A stretch of 64,000 bases of DNA. Source: a virus. Shown here one piece after another: positions 38,501 to 47,202 of the stretch (the stretch's first letter is position 1; the number at the start of each line of letters is the position of its first letter). The stretch is taken from positions 22,235 to 86,234 of the IMG/VR virus record IMGVR_UViG_3300035698_022898. One strand, 5' to 3'. Below the pieces are notes generated by a model, which did not search any database, had not been told where the DNA came from, and was given only the letters and a program-made list of their open reading frames with translations. The position numbers were made by a program, and so were the translations under genes.

Positions 38501-39079
38501 TTAACCTTGTTTAATGGATAAGTGAATGAGGGATAGCGCCTCCCCTCGAGCTTTGGCGTCTTTTTCATGAACACCATACACCGCTGATGTTGTCATAGAG
38601 GCTCCACCATACTGGTTAACACCCCTACAAGTCATACAGCCGTGTTCTGCTCTCATGACCACAATAACCCCAGCGGGATCTACGGTTTTGACGATGCAGT
38701 CCAGAACTTGTTTACAGAGGTTCTCCTGCAACTGAGGACGAGCTGCGAAATGGTTGACAATTCTTGAGGGCTTGGACGCTCCCAAAAGAAAATCTTTGGG
38801 AACGTAAGCGATCCAAGCCTTCCCGTAAAAGGGAAGGAAGTGGTGGGAACACATGGAAACGAAATGAATGGTGTCTAGTAGGATCAGCTCGTTATACTTC
38901 TCGTCGTTGGGGAATACCGTGACTTTGGGGGGCTTCTCATTCAAGCCTTTTAAGAACTCCGTACACCACATTTTTGCAATGCGTTTCGGAGTTTCCTTCA
39001 GGTTGGGGTCAGACAAGTCCAACCCCAACCCTTTGGATAGAATCTCCGTTAGGAGATCGGTAATCAGTGCTTGGTTCAT
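38501..39079 (-). CDS. folE: GTP cyclohydrolase I
   Basis: TP.R.AK, SMCSHHFLPF.G, G.SK..R, RPQLQE.L, H.CM..RG. Confidence 0.95.
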   Translation of the reverse strand: MNQALITDLLTEILSKGLGLDLSDPNLKETPKRIAKMWCTEFLKGLNEKPPKVTVFPNDEKYNELILLDTIHFVSMCSHHFLPFYGKAWIAYVPKDFLLGASKPSRIVNHFAARPQLQENLCKQVLDCIVKTVDPAGVIVVMRAEHGCMTCRGVNQYGGASMTTSAVYGVHEKDAKARGEALSLIHLSIKQG

Positions 39080-39091
39080 GAAGGTGCCGGA

Positions 39092-39760
39092 TTACTTGGT
39101 TTTGGCGTCGGTGGCCGGCGCGGCAGTTTCCGTTTTGGTCTCGGCGGCTTTTTCAGCAGGGGCTTCCGTTTTGGTCTCGGCGGCTTTTTCAGCAGGCTTC
39201 TCGGCGGGCTTTTCCTTCTTTTCCGGCTTGAGGGATTCGCGGGCCTTGGTGGCGAAGGCGATCTGGTCGGCGGTGTAGGTCTTTTTCTCGTTTTTGATGA
39301 CCCGTTTGGCGCCGATATCGTAGTAGATCTTGGCACGGCCGGCGATGAAGGTGGCGTCGGTCTGACCCTTGGCTTTGTAGATCTCGGTATAGAGGGCCAC
39401 GGCATCAGGCATGCCCTTGCCGGCGGCAACCAGGTCTTCGGCTTTCTGCTCGTTGTTCGGGCCGCGTTCCTTGGGCTCCTTCTTCTTCTTGGCCGCTTGC
39501 TCTTCTTCCGTGGGGTCTACCCCGTCCACGATGGAGTTGAACATGTCGATGACGCTCTCGGGGATTTTCTTTTCATCCTCGGAGCCTTCGGGAACGGATT
39601 CCACACCGGCCAGAAAGTCCTTCACGAGCTGTTCCTTCTTGGAGCCCATGGTCTGGATTTTGCGGAGTTTGCCGTCGGCGTCTTTGAGCACGCCGGCATG
39701 ATTGAGAATCCCGATTTCCACTCGCAGGTTTTTTGCGTTTACAAATTCCGGTGACAACAT
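39092..39760 (-). CDS. Highly expressed Lys/Glu/Ala-rich hypothetical protein
   Basis: AGGAGG RBS and own promoter; strong G/C third-position bias; PAEKAAETKTE repeat (36-bp period, 39128-39196). Confidence 0.75.
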   Translation of the reverse strand: MLSPEFVNAKNLRVEIGILNHAGVLKDADGKLRKIQTMGSKKEQLVKDFLAGVESVPEGSEDEKKIPESVIDMFNSIVDGVDPTEEEQAAKKKKEPKERGPNNEQKAEDLVAAGKGMPDAVALYTEIYKAKGQTDATFIAGRAKIYYDIGAKRVIKNEKKTYTADQIAFATKARESLKPEKKEKPAEKPAEKAAETKTEAPAEKAAETKTETAAPATDAKTK

Positions 39761-39835
39761 TGTTGGCTTCCTCCTTTAGAGGTTTTAAGAGGTTAATGAC
39801 CTTTCCTGTAAATTGTCCTCCACGTACAAAAAAAT

Positions 39836-39863
39836 ACTATACAGGAGTTCACAGCTTTGTAAA
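39836..39863 (-). promoter_or_regulatory. sigma70-like promoter
   Basis: TTTACA-16-TATAGT. Confidence 0.55.
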
Positions 39864-39897
39864 GAGGTTTATTTGGTATTTATTAAAAGTATCGTTT

Positions 39898-40539
39898 TTA
39901 CTCCAACCCTAAAAGTTTGTGAAGTTGAACATTGAGCACGGCAGTACAGCATTGTGCTTCCAAAGCACTCAATATCTTTTTGGGGTGTATGGCAAAACCA
40001 TTATTGTCACAAACAGGAGAGATTGCAAAACGAGCTTCGGTTGCAGATTGCAAAGATTTAATAATCTTGATAGCCCTAAGAAGTTGCGGCTCGTTAGCAA
40101 TCACAAACTTAATAAAATCTTTAAATCGAAGCTTCGGCAAATTCTCTGCCAAAAAGTAAGAATTTTCGGTTAACTTGTAATCAATAACCCAGAAACAATC
40201 TGCATTGTACCAAACTTCTTGAGTACCGTTAGTTTCTACAGTGACAGAGTATCCCTCTATTCCCAAGGCTTCAACAAGTAAACGTAAATCTTTTTGGAGG
40301 AGAGGTTCACCCCCCGTAATTGTTACCTTTTTGGTGTGTGAGTATTGAGGCAACTCCTTAACTATTCTACTTGCAGCCATATTTCGATCCGATTCATTAT
40401 ACTCTTTTGCCTCGGGGGCATCACAGTAAACACAGTCCAGATTACACCCTGCAAGACGAATAAAAATTGACATGGTTCCTTGACCAAAGGCGTTGACCTC
40501 ACCGTCAATGGAAGAAAAAATATTATTCACCCGAAGCAT
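39898..40539 (-). CDS. queE: 7-carboxy-7-deazaguanine synthase
   Basis: FSSIDGE, FIRL.GCNL.C.YCD, TITGGEPLLQ, ETNG, KFVI, QLHK. Confidence 0.93.
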   Translation of the reverse strand: MLRVNNIFSSIDGEVNAFGQGTMSIFIRLAGCNLDCVYCDAPEAKEYNESDRNMAASRIVKELPQYSHTKKVTITGGEPLLQKDLRLLVEALGIEGYSVTVETNGTQEVWYNADCFWVIDYKLTENSYFLAENLPKLRFKDFIKFVIANEPQLLRAIKIIKSLQSATEARFAISPVCDNNGFAIHPKKILSALEAQCCTAVLNVQLHKLLGLE

Positions 40540-40768
40540 CGTGAAACTCCTTTTCTGGAAGAGTTTTGTATGGTTTAGCCACACATTCTATCAAATGTTT
40601 TTCTGGATTATGAATAATTCGTATAATTCTAAAACTGACCGGTCCTTTCAAATCTAAGGACTTTTCAAGAACAAGAGACTCCCCTTCTCTAGGTAGTATA
40701 TCCAGAAATAAATCTAACTGATCTACTGGTCCACCCTTCCACCTTTTGAAGAGGAGTCTAATTTTCAT
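40523..40768 (-). CDS. Hypothetical protein
   Basis: ATG 3 nt after the queD stop; LPR.GE motif. Confidence 0.5.
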   Translation of the reverse strand: MKIRLLFKRWKGGPVDQLDLFLDILPREGESLVLEKSLDLKGPVSFRIIRIIHNPEKHLIECVAKPYKTLPEKEFHDASGE

Positions 40769-40770
40769 GG

Positions 40771-41193
40771 CTATTCCGTATCCGTCCATTCTGCGTAACA
40801 AGTGGATGTTTCCCAAATCCTGACACGGGTAAGTCCACAGCCGATGGGTGTTTGATGGATTTTGTCCCGAACATAGAGACACATGTGTTCTGCGGTAGGA
40901 GGAAGGTACCTGCCGGTGTACTCTGGTCTAGCCAAAACTTCATTGAGATTGGCATGATCCAAAGAATCGATGATCGGATTGAGATACTCCTTCAATTCAC
41001 CAAAGTCGAGGACCATGCCCGTTGAATCGTCCTCATTTGGGTATCGTATTTCCTCGTTGTGATCGAGCAGACGGAACTCCACCTCAATCTTGGCGTTGTG
41101 TCCGTGGGGGTTTTTGCATTTCCCAGGATGTTCCGGAAGTACATGAGCATACGCCACGTTCTCAAAAATCTTAACTACACTGAGCATTTTCAT
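40771..41193 (-). CDS. queD: 6-carboxytetrahydropterin synthase
   Basis: AH.L...GKC...HGH, GMV.DFG.LK, LDH..LN, PTAE, WET. Confidence 0.95.
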   Translation of the reverse strand: MKMLSVVKIFENVAYAHVLPEHPGKCKNPHGHNAKIEVEFRLLDHNEEIRYPNEDDSTGMVLDFGELKEYLNPIIDSLDHANLNEVLARPEYTGRYLPPTAEHMCLYVRDKIHQTPIGCGLTRVRIWETSTCYAEWTDTE

Positions 41194-41199
41194 TCCTCC

Positions 41200-41352
41200 T
41201 TACTTGTGATCTTCCAAGTGACGATTAAGATCTGCCAAAAAACTAGAACCTTTCAAAAGTTGTTGCCCCTTATCCGTATATACAATTTTTGTGGGTTTAT
41301 GTCCTAATTCACACAAAGGACAAAGCTTTACGTCCCGTTTATCTTTTTTCAT
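41200..41352 (-). CDS. 50-aa ORF with CxxC (not in the ORF track)
   Basis: MKKDKRDVKLCPLC...; AGGAG RBS; stop abuts the queD RBS. Confidence 0.5.
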   Translation of the reverse strand: MKKDKRDVKLCPLCELGHKPTKIVYTDKGQQLLKGSSFLADLNRHLEDHK

Positions 41353-41372
41353 AAGAGCTCCTCGTTCTATGT

Positions 41373-41401
41373 ATTGTATAAAAGTTTTCTTGATAATGCA
41401 A
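41373..41401 (-). promoter_or_regulatory. sigma70-like promoter of the deazaguanine operon
   Basis: TTGCAT-17-TACAAT. Confidence 0.65.
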
Positions 41402-41421
41402 GAGAATCAAGAAAATATATC

Positions 41422-42981
41422 TTAGGATGTTCCATCTTCATCCTCAGGGGATACAATCTGTTGTTCAACGTATATTTCACCATCCAAGAAAGGCTGCCCC
41501 AAATACAGACATTGCAGAAGTTCCGCTTGTAAGAACTCGTCAAAGAAATGGTGCCTGTGAGCTAATAGACCAATACGCATGATTCCGTTTCTCTTTTCTA
41601 TAGGTGTCTGATTTAAAACAATCATCATATCCAAGTGAGCAAGCTTTCTAATATCCTCACCGGTGTGTTTCTGCTTCACGTTTTTACGGTCAAAGGAATC
41701 CCTGTTTGACTGGGTAGCAGTAACTACCAAACAACCTCTGGATTGTGCCATTCCTTTCAAAGCTTTCCAAGTAGCATTGGTAGCTTCTCGTTCCTTTTGC
41801 CCCGATTGCTCAGGAGCAAGAATATCTGCGTAGTCAATTATTATTACATCAGGAACAAACCCTTCTGTGTATTCCAACATGTCCAGATTTCTTTCTACCA
41901 TAGACACGTTTGCACTTCCCATTGGGTGAGCAATCAAACGCACACCTGCTCCTCCCCAAGTCTTCTGGAAAGCATTTATTTTATTCATTGTACGACCGTA
42001 ATTCAAACCTCTTCTTTCTACAGTTGTGTACCACACCGCAGGAATGAAATCTCCATCACGTTTGCCTCTACAAGCAGAGCAAGGCTGATATGTCATGTGC
42101 TTCCTAAATTTAGGAATATCCCCGTCTTCATCCATAAGAGGAACATCACAAGTCCTGCAAGCTAGATTACACTCTCCATTTTGATTAAGCAAGCAATCAA
42201 ATATAGGTAGCGTAAACTCTCCCTCTTCTAAGGGTTCCCCCATTAGACGCATATAGCCTCTTTGGGCCATTTCTTCTCGTGTCATCTCCAATGAAACAAC
42301 ACATACTCGCAAGTTAGTAGTAAGAGCAGCATACATAAACTCATTTAGGTACCAAGTTTTGCCTCGTTTCATGGGGGCCATCCAGGATAATAGCCAACCT
42401 CTTTTCAGTTTGCCAAGAAGTTGTCCTAGTATTCCGGGCATCGCCATTAAATAATCGTCCCCTTTCTCAAAAGAGGATGTTGCAAATTTCGGGTCAAATA
42501 AGTTTACCCACTCCGTAGTTTGTTGCGCTACTTCTTTATAACCAGCAACCTCATCCTCAGCTTCATCGAGTTTGCCGGCATCTGTTAAAGCTTTAACCAT
42601 ATCCGAATGAAACAACAATCTACGGGAACGAATATAGTCACGAGATTTATCTAAATGATAGTCTTCATTGAAGTGATCTAGGTCTGCATAATTTTCGGAA
42701 AGTTCCGTTAGAAACCTTCGAACATTATCAGCCTGTTCCTCAATAAGATTCTGTTTTTCGGAAAGGAATATTTCTTGTATGTCCCGACCAGGAGCTTTTT
42801 CATAATCCTCGTAATGTCTTTTAATCCATCGAAACAGGATGCGAGCGTAATCTAATTCTAAGTGTTCGGGTTTTATTGCAGGAATCAAATCTCTGCAAAA
42901 TCTATTGGACACAATCAACCCTGTAACAAGCTTCTTTTCATCATCAGAATCAATACGTTCTCTACGCATTCGTGGGCACAT
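41422..42981 (-). CDS. Replicative DnaB/gp41-like helicase with a Cys-rich insertion
   Basis: Walker A APMKRGKT, SLEM, IIIDYAD, TATQSNR. Confidence 0.9.
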   Translation of the reverse strand: MCPRMRRERIDSDDEKKLVTGLIVSNRFCRDLIPAIKPEHLELDYARILFRWIKRHYEDYEKAPGRDIQEIFLSEKQNLIEEQADNVRRFLTELSENYADLDHFNEDYHLDKSRDYIRSRRLLFHSDMVKALTDAGKLDEAEDEVAGYKEVAQQTTEWVNLFDPKFATSSFEKGDDYLMAMPGILGQLLGKLKRGWLLSWMAPMKRGKTWYLNEFMYAALTTNLRVCVVSLEMTREEMAQRGYMRLMGEPLEEGEFTLPIFDCLLNQNGECNLACRTCDVPLMDEDGDIPKFRKHMTYQPCSACRGKRDGDFIPAVWYTTVERRGLNYGRTMNKINAFQKTWGGAGVRLIAHPMGSANVSMVERNLDMLEYTEGFVPDVIIIDYADILAPEQSGQKEREATNATWKALKGMAQSRGCLVVTATQSNRDSFDRKNVKQKHTGEDIRKLAHLDMMIVLNQTPIEKRNGIMRIGLLAHRHHFFDEFLQAELLQCLYLGQPFLDGEIYVEQQIVSPEDEDGTS

Positions 42982-44273
42982 TAAAAATTCTCCTGTAGTA
43001 CGCCGTGAGAATTAAGAAATGAAGGTAGCCTTTGTGTGAATGTGATGTCAGACGACATAAATCCTGGAGAAATCGTTTGTTGCATGTTTTCGGTATACTC
43101 TTCAATACATTCACAAACTAAATCTACCCAATCTCTTTGACCGTTCCGCATGAGTGATTGTCTAAATCTTCTTTTGTTTTTGGTGAAAAATTCATAAGTA
43201 CGAGCAGCAGCTTTCCTGGCGTGGAAAACTTCCATCTCTGTAGGTTGCCTAGTTTCCAAACCTTTCAGTACATTCTTAAACCACCATTTTAGGAATCGAG
43301 CAGAAATCTTAGGGTATGTATCTGGCATATCATCTAGAGGGGTCTTTTTTAGGTCTGTTCTTTTCGGGGGGTCCAAGAAGTTTAGAACTTCAAACAAGCC
43401 GCCTTCAAACTTGGCGTAGGGGAAATGAAGAAACTGATCTAGAGCAATATTTTTTAAATATTGGTGATGTTTAGATCCTTTCCTAGGTAAATAATTATTT
43501 TCAAATACAGCTAGATGTAGATTATGAAAAGCTTTTTTGAGTGTATCTGCATCTAACCCCTCAGCTAGTTCATACCTGTTGTGCATTTTAAACAGGGTAC
43601 CTTTGATTGTTTGTTTGATTGTAGCTATCAACTTCAAATTGGTCTTTACAGCACGAACTCCTGGAAGTTTGAAACCTTCTAATTCCCAGGTATGCATTAT
43701 TTCTGCAATGTTTTGTGGTAGATCCTCCAACAGGGTTTCTGCTTGCTCTGAATCTTTAAGTATATTATCACACATCATTCTTTCAGCCCTTGTTCGTCTC
43801 CTTATTACAGGTTTTCTTTCTTCCACACAAGATTCTTGATCTTGTGTTAATTTAAAAGTATTAAAGGAACTTAAAGGACGAAGGACTTTTAAGTCTTTAA
43901 GGCTTTTAAATTCTTTTTCTACTATTTTTGCGCGCGAAGCACCTTGGATGTTTTCCTTGCTAGAGCCTCCATCTGGCGCCTCAGAGCCTCCATCTGGCGC
44001 CTCAGAAACAGCCTTACCGGCTATTGTAATTTTTCTAATTCCGTTTTCAGAAACGATAGACAGGTAACCAAGTTCCTGTAAATGTTTTAGGGAAAAGGCA
44101 ACCTTAGAACCAGAAAGTTCCAAACATTCTGCAATGTATTTATTAGATGAGGTTGTAAGTGTGGTTAAATCTAAAGTGTGTATGAGACTAAATATTATTA
44201 TGTCGGCTTTGGTGAGTTCTTTATCTAAAAGAACGGCCATAGGAAGTACAGCGTACCGAGGGCTGTCATTCAT
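42981..44273 (-). CDS. Putative replication initiator / helicase loader with N-terminal wHTH
   Basis: YAVLP..VL.D..L...SNKYIAE.L......V...L..L.ELGYL; internal repeats; coupled to the helicase. Confidence 0.65.
   Translation of the reverse strand: MNDSPRYAVLPMAVLLDKELTKADIIIFSLIHTLDLTTLTTSSNKYIAECLELSGSKVAFSLKHLQELGYLSIVSENGIRKITIAGKAVSEAPDGGSEAPDGGSSKENIQGASRAKIVEKEFKSLKDLKVLRPLSSFNTFKLTQDQESCVEERKPVIRRRTRAERMMCDNILKDSEQAETLLEDLPQNIAEIMHTWELEGFKLPGVRAVKTNLKLIATIKQTIKGTLFKMHNRYELAEGLDADTLKKAFHNLHLAVFENNYLPRKGSKHHQYLKNIALDQFLHFPYAKFEGGLFEVLNFLDPPKRTDLKKTPLDDMPDTYPKISARFLKWWFKNVLKGLETRQPTEMEVFHARKAAARTYEFFTKNKRRFRQSLMRNGQRDWVDLVCECIEEYTENMQQTISPGFMSSDITFTQRLPSFLNSHGVLQENF
43962..44006. repeat. 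21-bp tandem repeat in the initiator gene
   Basis: agagcctccatctggcgcctc x2 (SEAPDGG x2). Confidence 0.9.
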
Positions 44274-44595
44274 CTACAGCTCTCCTTGGCTTGGGGGATA
44301 TTCTAATTGAGTTTTTGTGCCGAATGGAGATTAGCGTTGTAAGCACTCTTTGGGAGTTTTTGCCACGTTTACGCTCAAAATATTTCTTGGAGCATAAACT
44401 TCCTATCAAAAAGGAAATGCGACCTACATTTACATCTAATAGGTCGGCAAAGTATTCATTTGTGGCAGTACACCCCACACCGGTTTCTAAATTATGCACC
44501 AACACCCACAGGATCCTTTCAGAATCTGTTAGATCTGGTGACAATAATATAGCCACAGGTGCTACAAGTGTATCTATATCGACAAATTCACTCAT
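44266..44595 (-). CDS. wHTH protein paralogous to the initiator N-terminus
   Basis: P..ILL..DLT..E.IL...GC.ATNEYFADLL.V....IS..I..L. Confidence 0.75.
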   Translation of the reverse strand: MSEFVDIDTLVAPVAILLSPDLTDSERILWVLVHNLETGVGCTATNEYFADLLDVNVGRISFLIGSLCSKKYFERKRGKNSQRVLTTLISIRHKNSIRISPKPRRAVDE

Positions 44596-44617
44596 TTCAG
44601 CCCTTACATGTTGCAGG

Positions 44618-44695
44618 TTTTATAGATGTCGGGGGCCGTAAGAAATTCACTGGGGCTGGCAGCAAAAAACCTTCGGACCCCCGACATCTATAAAA
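44618..44695. repeat. Perfect 18-bp inverted repeat
   Basis: ttttatagatgtcggggg (44618-44635) / cccccgacatctataaaa (44678-44695). Confidence 0.92.
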
Positions 44696-44770
44696 TCAAC
44701 AGCGTGAAGTATTAAAATGACACACTCAAAACGAAAAAGCAATAGTGATTTTCATTTATATCGTAAAATT

Positions 44771-45688
44771 TTATGAGGTCAACAACTCTTTTTTCAATGA
44801 AATGGCATCTTTAGGGGATAAATCAGCGGGGTCTCCGTCTTCCAATGCTACATTTTCAACATAAGGGATCAAAGAAGAGAGATTTTTAGCCAAGATTCTA
44901 GCTAATTTTTGTGCTTGGGGTTCCCCGTCGAATAGCACAAAAGCTCTTCTCACACCTTTTTTAAATAGTGCATTTACTTGCCCAGAAGTAACCTCAGTAC
45001 CTAAGGTTGATACAGTTCCGTCTCCTAGACGCCACACATCTGTGGGACCTTCTACAAGAATTACCGTATCTTTTACGGTGTCAATATTATATAACCATAA
45101 TCTTGGGTCTAGAGTAACTTCAGTTTTAGGACACATTCTATATCGTTTACTGCTTCGATTTGTGATGTCTCTTGATGTAAACCCCACAATTCTGCCATAC
45201 ATTATAATTGGTATAATAATTCTAAATTTGTAGGTTCCCACAAAGGTGCAGCATTTAATACGGTATTTTTCTCTAAGCTCTTCTACCGAGAAATTTCTCG
45301 TATTAAGATAGTCTGTAAACACTTCGGGGAATTGATCGGTAGATTCAGGAGGTAGTTTAGCTTCTCCTTTCCGGACAATTAGCTCTCGAGCTTTACCTAT
45401 GGAATTGAGGAAGAAAGGGTCTATAAATTCACTGATAATACCGTTTGCTTCCATTCGCGAACAGTTCTCAATCTCCTGTATGAATTGAGTAACCACTCCT
45501 TTCTTCTTACATCTCCAACATTTGAAGTATTTAGATTCGATATTGATACCTAGGTGTGTGCTTCTGTCGTCACACCAAAGGCATTGAGTTCCTATCCACC
45601 CTGGAGAGATATTGGGTCCCTCCAGGGCGTAGTGAATACCTCTATTTTCGAGGTAGTTGATAGTATCAAAAAGCTGGAATTTATTCAT
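44771..45688 (-). CDS. DNA primase (zinc finger plus TOPRIM)
   Basis: C.WC...H...CWRC, RIIIPI, R.I, LVEGPTD, FDG, DP.D. Confidence 0.9.
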   Translation of the reverse strand: MNKFQLFDTINYLENRGIHYALEGPNISPGWIGTQCLWCDDRSTHLGINIESKYFKCWRCKKKGVVTQFIQEIENCSRMEANGIISEFIDPFFLNSIGKARELIVRKGEAKLPPESTDQFPEVFTDYLNTRNFSVEELREKYRIKCCTFVGTYKFRIIIPIIMYGRIVGFTSRDITNRSSKRYRMCPKTEVTLDPRLWLYNIDTVKDTVILVEGPTDVWRLGDGTVSTLGTEVTSGQVNALFKKGVRRAFVLFDGEPQAQKLARILAKNLSSLIPYVENVALEDGDPADLSPKDAISLKKELLTS

Positions 45689-45902
45689 CTAGTAGTCGAT
45701 GACTTTCATTCAGGATTGTTTCCCCAGCATCTTCAAGTTCTCTGGCTTGAATATAGTTCTGGGATCGACTTCTATACATTTCCCCCATTGTGTGAAAGAT
45801 ATCGGATGCCAGTTTCATTAAAGGTTTAATCTCAGAACAGAGAATCTTCTCCCCGACGCGCAGGGAGAGCTCATCTGCCACTTCCTGAGTTGTGTACCGC
45901 AT
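45681..45902 (-). CDS. Hypothetical protein
   Basis: GGAGG RBS; overlaps the primase start. Confidence 0.6.
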   Translation of the reverse strand: MRYTTQEVADELSLRVGEKILCSEIKPLMKLASDIFHTMGEMYRSRSQNYIQARELEDAGETILNESHRLLDE

Positions 45903-45985
45903 CGCCGCCTCCAGGTAAAATGCCTTGCTTTTATGGAAATTTGAAGAATTCGTCTATAGGCCTAATACTAGCATGACCAAAAAAA

Positions 45986-46192
45986 TTAGTCAAGACGTAC
46001 CAGTTCCACGTACTCTTCAATCACAGCAAGGGCTTCCTCGTACCCGCCAGCCGAGAAAGCCCTTTTTTTCATTTCTTCGGAATGTTTCTTTCTTCCATCC
46101 CCACAGAGGGCTTTGGACGCTTTGGCAAGAATCACCATTGTGTTTCCTTCGGGACCATCCGTATCAATTTCCACTACGGGTTTGTTGGGCAT
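45986..46192 (-). CDS. Small protein (GPEGN motif) translationally coupled to tas
   Basis: TAATG overlap at 46194-46190; 68 aa MPNKPVVEIDTDGPEGN...YEEALAVIEEYV. Confidence 0.7.
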   Translation of the reverse strand: MPNKPVVEIDTDGPEGNTMVILAKASKALCGDGRKKHSEEMKKRAFSAGGYEEALAVIEEYVELVRLD

Positions 46193-47184
46193 TATTTGTT
46201 CCTTGTTTTGAGGATGTTGCCTCGGTAATCGTACTTTCCAAAAGGAGAAAGTTCCATTTCCCAAGGCTTGCTGTGTTGTATGTGGAGTTTTTCCTCGGCG
46301 TATTCTCTCGCGACAGGTAGATTTTCTTGTTCCTTCCAGGCAACGTATAGATCGACAAGAAATCTTTTGATCATATATCGCATTGCCATTCGTTGGAGAT
46401 GTTTGTCAGAGGCTTCCAAAAGATCAACCCTGTGTTGGAGACGCATACGGTAGTTATCGTAAATAAGTCGATACTTTCCGCCGCCGATGATTATTCCGCC
46501 CTTGTCTTTGGGCTTATTGTAAACCACTTGTTTCATAAAGCTTGAGGCAAGAACCTCAACCAGTTTGGTTTTCAGCCAGGGATTAAAAGTGATACTATCC
46601 TTTTCCTTAACTTCTCCTTCTTTATCAGTGTACGCTTTTTTTACCAAGTGCTCTTTGCGTTTACTTGTTCCTTTTCCGTCTTTTTCAACGCCAAGACCTG
46701 CGTAAGCCCAGAAACTGGAAGGGTACTGAGCTTTGTAGATGTCCAGTTCACTAATAATAACGCCAGCCATAGCTGGACCTACACCTAGAATCTTGTCTAA
46801 GAAGTTTTTGAAGATAGGGAAGTCGCCGAGAATTTTTTCAATGAGAGCAAAATGTTCCTTCTCAGCTGCAACGAGTTTTTGAAGTTGATGGATAAGAACC
46901 AATTCCGTGTAGCTGGAAATCAGTCCGAAGGGTTTAAACTGTTTGAGTGTGGGGAGTTTGAAACCCTTGGTGTTTTCAATCCCTCCCCCAGTTACAGTGC
47001 GATAGTTTTTTACAAGAAGAGGGAGGAGTTTGCTTGCTTCCAAGGGTTTTTCCCCAGAAGCAATAGCTCTGTCTCTCCAGTTGCTTGCGATTCGATTAGA
47101 CGTTTGCATTCGAAGTTTTTGGACGTCATACGCACCTCTAACCAATGCTCTCAAATTCTCTTTTAAAACCGAATTGCACAACAT
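46192..47184 (-). CDS. tasA: TasA-like Nop-domain RNA-guided protein (IS110/Nop5-related, no nuclease domain)
   Basis: N-terminal coiled coil (LVR..YD.QKLR....NR), GVGP..AGVIISE.DI......SFWAYAGL, FNPWLKTKL, H..RMAMRYMIK.FL.DLY..W. No N-terminal DEDD RuvC and no HNH. AGGAGG RBS directly below the array. Confidence 0.85.
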   Translation of the reverse strand: MLCNSVLKENLRALVRGAYDVQKLRMQTSNRIASNWRDRAIASGEKPLEASKLLPLLVKNYRTVTGGGIENTKGFKLPTLKQFKPFGLISSYTELVLIHQLQKLVAAEKEHFALIEKILGDFPIFKNFLDKILGVGPAMAGVIISELDIYKAQYPSSFWAYAGLGVEKDGKGTSKRKEHLVKKAYTDKEGEVKEKDSITFNPWLKTKLVEVLASSFMKQVVYNKPKDKGGIIIGGGKYRLIYDNYRMRLQHRVDLLEASDKHLQRMAMRYMIKRFLVDLYVAWKEQENLPVAREYAEEKLHIQHSKPWEMELSPFGKYDYRGNILKTRNK

Positions 47185-47202
47185 AAGACTCCTCCTATTT
47201 AG

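Noticed and set aside
39071-39754. Long antisense or alternative-frame ORFs (also 26503-27129, 36936-37571, 49583-50101, 52058-52429)
   Set aside because: Shadows of genes on the opposite strand, mostly GC3-biased ones; no RBS or recognisable motifs.
46192-47184. IS110 transposase / insertion sequence
   Set aside because: It lacks the N-terminal DEDD RuvC domain and the catalytic serine loop, and is embedded in a phage operon with a coupled downstream gene.
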